DNA of 64,000 bases from assembly GCA_965209155.1 (NCBI GenBank), contig OZ242383.1:96001-160000 (forward strand), read 5' to 3'. Made by a program: the position numbers and the translations under genes. The notes beneath the pieces were generated by a model, which made no database searches, was not told the origin of the DNA, and saw nothing but the letters and a program-made list of their open reading frames with translations. This document shows, piece by piece, positions 61,211-64,000 of this stretch; position 1 is the stretch's first letter; every line of letters begins with the position of its first letter. The DNA comes from a bacterium. Lineage in GTDB: Bacteria > SAR324 > NAC60-12.

Positions 61211-61400
61211 TAATAATTCAGATGTGTCATGCTGGTCCCGGATCATCCTGGTCCCGGATCAAGTCCGGGATGATCCGGGATCCGGATGATCCGGCATCAA
61301 AAATGTCGCCCGTATCCCCCTGGATTCCTGGTCAGGCCAGGAATGACTCGTTTTTTAACTCCTGATTCACGCCAGTTTATACAATTTTGGAGCGTCCAGC

Positions 61401-61688
61401 ATGAACAAATCTCAATTGATTGAAACTTTAGCAAAAAAATCCGAACGTCACGCGCAGATAAAAGATCGAGCAGTCAACCTTTTTTTCGAAAGTATTAAAA
61501 ACGCACTGGCAGAAAACGATAAAGTGGAAATCAGGGGATTCGGCTCTTTTTTCCTCAAGAGCTACCAGGGGTACAAAGGACGCAACCCCAAAACGGGAGA
61601 CAAAGTAGAAGTGCCCGGAAAAATTCTTCCCGTTTTCCGCACTGGCAAAGATTTGAAAGAACGAGTAAAAGAAGTCAAAAAAAGTTGA
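61401..61688 (+). CDS. ihfB: Integration host factor beta / HU family DNA-binding protein
   Basis: MNKSQLI, VEIRGFGSF, GRNPKTG, PVFRTGKDLKERV. Confidence 0.8.
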   Translation: MNKSQLIETLAKKSERHAQIKDRAVNLFFESIKNALAENDKVEIRGFGSFFLKSYQGYKGRNPKTGDKVEVPGKILPVFRTGKDLKERVKEVKKS

Positions 61689-61825
61689 AGTTCCTTTCGC
61701 CAACCTCCTTGATTACGCGGAATTGATCCTGACAGAGATTCCAACCACCTGAGAGCCTGCCTTGATTCATAAAGTTGAACTCGTCATTCGCAAATGCAAC
61801 CCTGTTCCTTAAACCTGAAGGCGTC

Positions 61826-62296
61826 ATGAAATTGGGAGTGTTGGTTTATATTGAAAAAGCGGGCAAAATCCTCATGATTCATCGAAAAAAAAAAGACGAA
61901 CATGAAGGTTTTTGGTTAGCCCCCGGAGGGAAAATGGAAAAAAACGAAGCGCCTGTTGAAACTGCCATACGAGAAGTGCGGGAAGAGACAGGGCTAATCC
62001 TTCAATCAATGGAGTTAACCAGTATTCTCAGTTTTCCAGACGAAGGAGATTCTCCATTCGGGGACGAGTGGCAGGTATTTGTGTTTTATACGATGCATTT
62101 CAGTGGAAAAATGAAGAAGGAATGTTCTGAAGGGGCGCTGGCATGGATAGCTCGGGATCACCTGATCGACCTCCCCATGTGGGAAGGTGATCGATTGTTT
62201 ACGCCCCGAATTTTCGAAAAAGGAAACTTTTTCGCAAAATTGCACTATAAAAAAGAATTGCTGGTTGAAGCAAAATTCTGGGAGTCAAGGCCTTGA
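61826..62296 (+). CDS. NUDIX hydrolase (8-oxo-dGTP diphosphatase-like)
   Basis: GGKMEKNEAPVETAIREVREETG Nudix box; LPMWEGD. Confidence 0.88.
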   Translation: MKLGVLVYIEKAGKILMIHRKKKDEHEGFWLAPGGKMEKNEAPVETAIREVREETGLILQSMELTSILSFPDEGDSPFGDEWQVFVFYTMHFSGKMKKECSEGALAWIARDHLIDLPMWEGDRLFTPRIFEKGNFFAKLHYKKELLVEAKFWESRP

Positions 62297-62303
62297 AACG
62301 ACT

Positions 62304-63611
62304 CTATCCGATCTGGAGCAGGCGTTTTATGAGAGGACGAATGAGATCCTGCATGCATTGCTCTTCCGGGAAATTCCAAGGTGTACCAAGGATGAGATCC
62401 AAGGGAAAAACAGGTACTCCGCTGTCATCGATAAAACGCCCCGCATTCAGTCCATTCGTGGCAACACGTCGTACCGTTTCCTGATCCAAAAGCCCGGTAC
62501 GCATCCATTTTTGCTGGAATGCGGATAAATATTCAACCTGTTCAAAACTCCCCAAACATTTGAAACCATTTAAAAAACTCAAAATCGTAAAGGTGAGAAA
62601 GATTCCGGGACAGAGTCTGCGGGTTTTGAGGGCATCAACGAGGATTTCGGGGGTCAGTTCAAAGCGGTGCCAGGGACTTTCCAAACAATTGCTCCGGATT
62701 CTCAGTACCGCAATCTTTTCTCTATCTTTCTCCCAGTAAGGTGCCGTAAAAATAGAAAGTTCCGGCCCAAATTCCTGCAAGACCCGTGCTTGGAAACGTG
62801 AATTGAAAAAAAATTGAAAAACAGGGTGTCCTGGTTGAAAAAGTTTAATTTGCAAATACGAGGTAATCACTTCATTGAGATCCATACAGACCATGCGAGT
62901 TTGTTTCAGCAAAGACTGATTGAGGTTCTGGCAACTGCGAATCGCCCATCGGCTGAACGAAGCTCCTGCTTGAACAGGAGGAAAGAAAGAGGACAAATTG
63001 GGGGATAAATGCAGCAGGAGTTGTTGCATTCTCCGTGGAACGACCGTTTGATAAACCAACGCATCCCGCAAAACGCCGGGAATGAGAGAAATTCGACGTT
63101 CGTAAACCATTGACGCGGATGAATCCCGTAAGCGGTCCTTTTGCGCACGATCCAGTTCGTAAAAAAAAGGAGACTTGCTTGAAAACAATTGCTCCAGAGA
63201 ATGACGGTTACTATAATTCAGGCATCCCGACCAGGCATTATTGGAAAAAGGAACTCCGGAAAAGGCGGCAACGGGATAAAAACATCCCGGTTCGATTCCC
63301 AGACTGGCCAACCAATGAATGGCAAAAAAAGTCGGTCCTTCTGTGGCGGTGAGATGGGTGGCAGTTTGCAGGATCCGTGTTTGCTCGAGTTCATTTGTAA
63401 TCTCTTCCCGTCGCACCGGCGTATAATCCAGGCGTTTCAGCTCGTCATCAAACGCGTCACGCAATTCCGGTTCCAAGGGGCAAGGGACCTGATACTGATT
63501 GAGCCAGACTGAATAATCTTTAACCGGCATCATTCCGCGAGATTCCAGAATCCCGGATACCTGAATCCGTCCCAGATTCCGCAATGCATCAACAACTCCA
63601 GCCAGTTTCAT
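62304..63611 (-). CDS. Hypothetical protein
   Basis: 435-aa ORF, no family recognised with confidence. Confidence 0.7.
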   Translation of the reverse strand: MKLAGVVDALRNLGRIQVSGILESRGMMPVKDYSVWLNQYQVPCPLEPELRDAFDDELKRLDYTPVRREEITNELEQTRILQTATHLTATEGPTFFAIHWLASLGIEPGCFYPVAAFSGVPFSNNAWSGCLNYSNRHSLEQLFSSKSPFFYELDRAQKDRLRDSSASMVYERRISLIPGVLRDALVYQTVVPRRMQQLLLHLSPNLSSFFPPVQAGASFSRWAIRSCQNLNQSLLKQTRMVCMDLNEVITSYLQIKLFQPGHPVFQFFFNSRFQARVLQEFGPELSIFTAPYWEKDREKIAVLRIRSNCLESPWHRFELTPEILVDALKTRRLCPGIFLTFTILSFLNGFKCLGSFEQVEYLSAFQQKWMRTGLLDQETVRRVATNGLNAGRFIDDSGVPVFPLDLILGTPWNFPEEQCMQDLIRPLIKRLLQIG

Positions 63612-63655
63612 GATTCTTGACTTCTCCCAGACTAACTTTTATGCTGAGAATAATT

Positions 63656-64000
63656 AATCTCATTAAACCACCAGCTCTGCTGGTGCGAACCTAATAGGCT
63701 TTGCCGGTCAGACATGAGAAACGTATCCGTGTCCGTTAGCCGTGCTCGTGCTCGTGAACGGTCAGTGAATTCGACGGCACATTTTGGTTAACATAGAAAC
63801 AATGCGATGAAGTAACTGTTTTCCTTCGTCAAATAAAGAAGGCTGGATGATCTTCAACACGTTTAAAACATCGAGAATAGCAGCGCATTCCATTGCGGAA
63901 CCTCGGGCAAATGCATAGAATCGTTGCTTGTCAGGAAAGGAATTTTGTCCACAGCCTTCTGCGATATTGAGAGGAATCGACCATGAGGCCCTTTTCAGTT
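63656..64000 (-). mobile_element. IVP element copy 10 (truncated by the window edge)
   Basis: TAATT|AATCTC end plus the 3' part of the four-helix-bundle gene. Confidence 0.9.

Larger units (their letters stand above)
60606..61372. mobile_element. Second copy of the GTGAATCAGGAGTTGAA MITE, interrupted by IVP copy 9
   Basis: Ends GTGAATCAGGAGTTGAA / TTTAACTCCTGATTCAC; flanks CAGTTAT / CAGTTTA (near-duplication). Confidence 0.72.

Overview
Bacterial window (deltaproteobacterial-like gene content; taxon not determinable from sequence alone). Positions 1-18 kb form a defence/mobile-element island. It holds a type I-C cas3-cas5-cas8c operon running off the left edge (no array in the window), an SfiI-family restriction-modification pair, a secreted HEXXH protease, a retropepsin-like protease, IS1380/IS1634/IS1595 pieces, several remnants of a RAYT (REP-associated Y1 transposase) element whose inverted ends bracket the cargo genes, two phage-like genes and large low-complexity/palindromic repeat arrays. 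Positions 18-64 kb are mostly housekeeping/metabolic genes (purF, methylmalonyl-CoA mutase, TRAP/TAXI, amtB, eno, crcB, liv-type ABC, gdhA, MATE, ccmCDE, gatB, an AT-rich hydantoinase/oxoprolinase cluster, IHF). The most striking feature is a 562-bp transposase-less element present 10 times in 64 kb. It has IS200/IS605-type subterminal hairpins and inserts 3' of TAATT without target duplication. Its only cargo is a four-helix-bundle (23S rRNA-IVP/Avd-like) gene enclosed by a perfect 20-bp inverted repeat.
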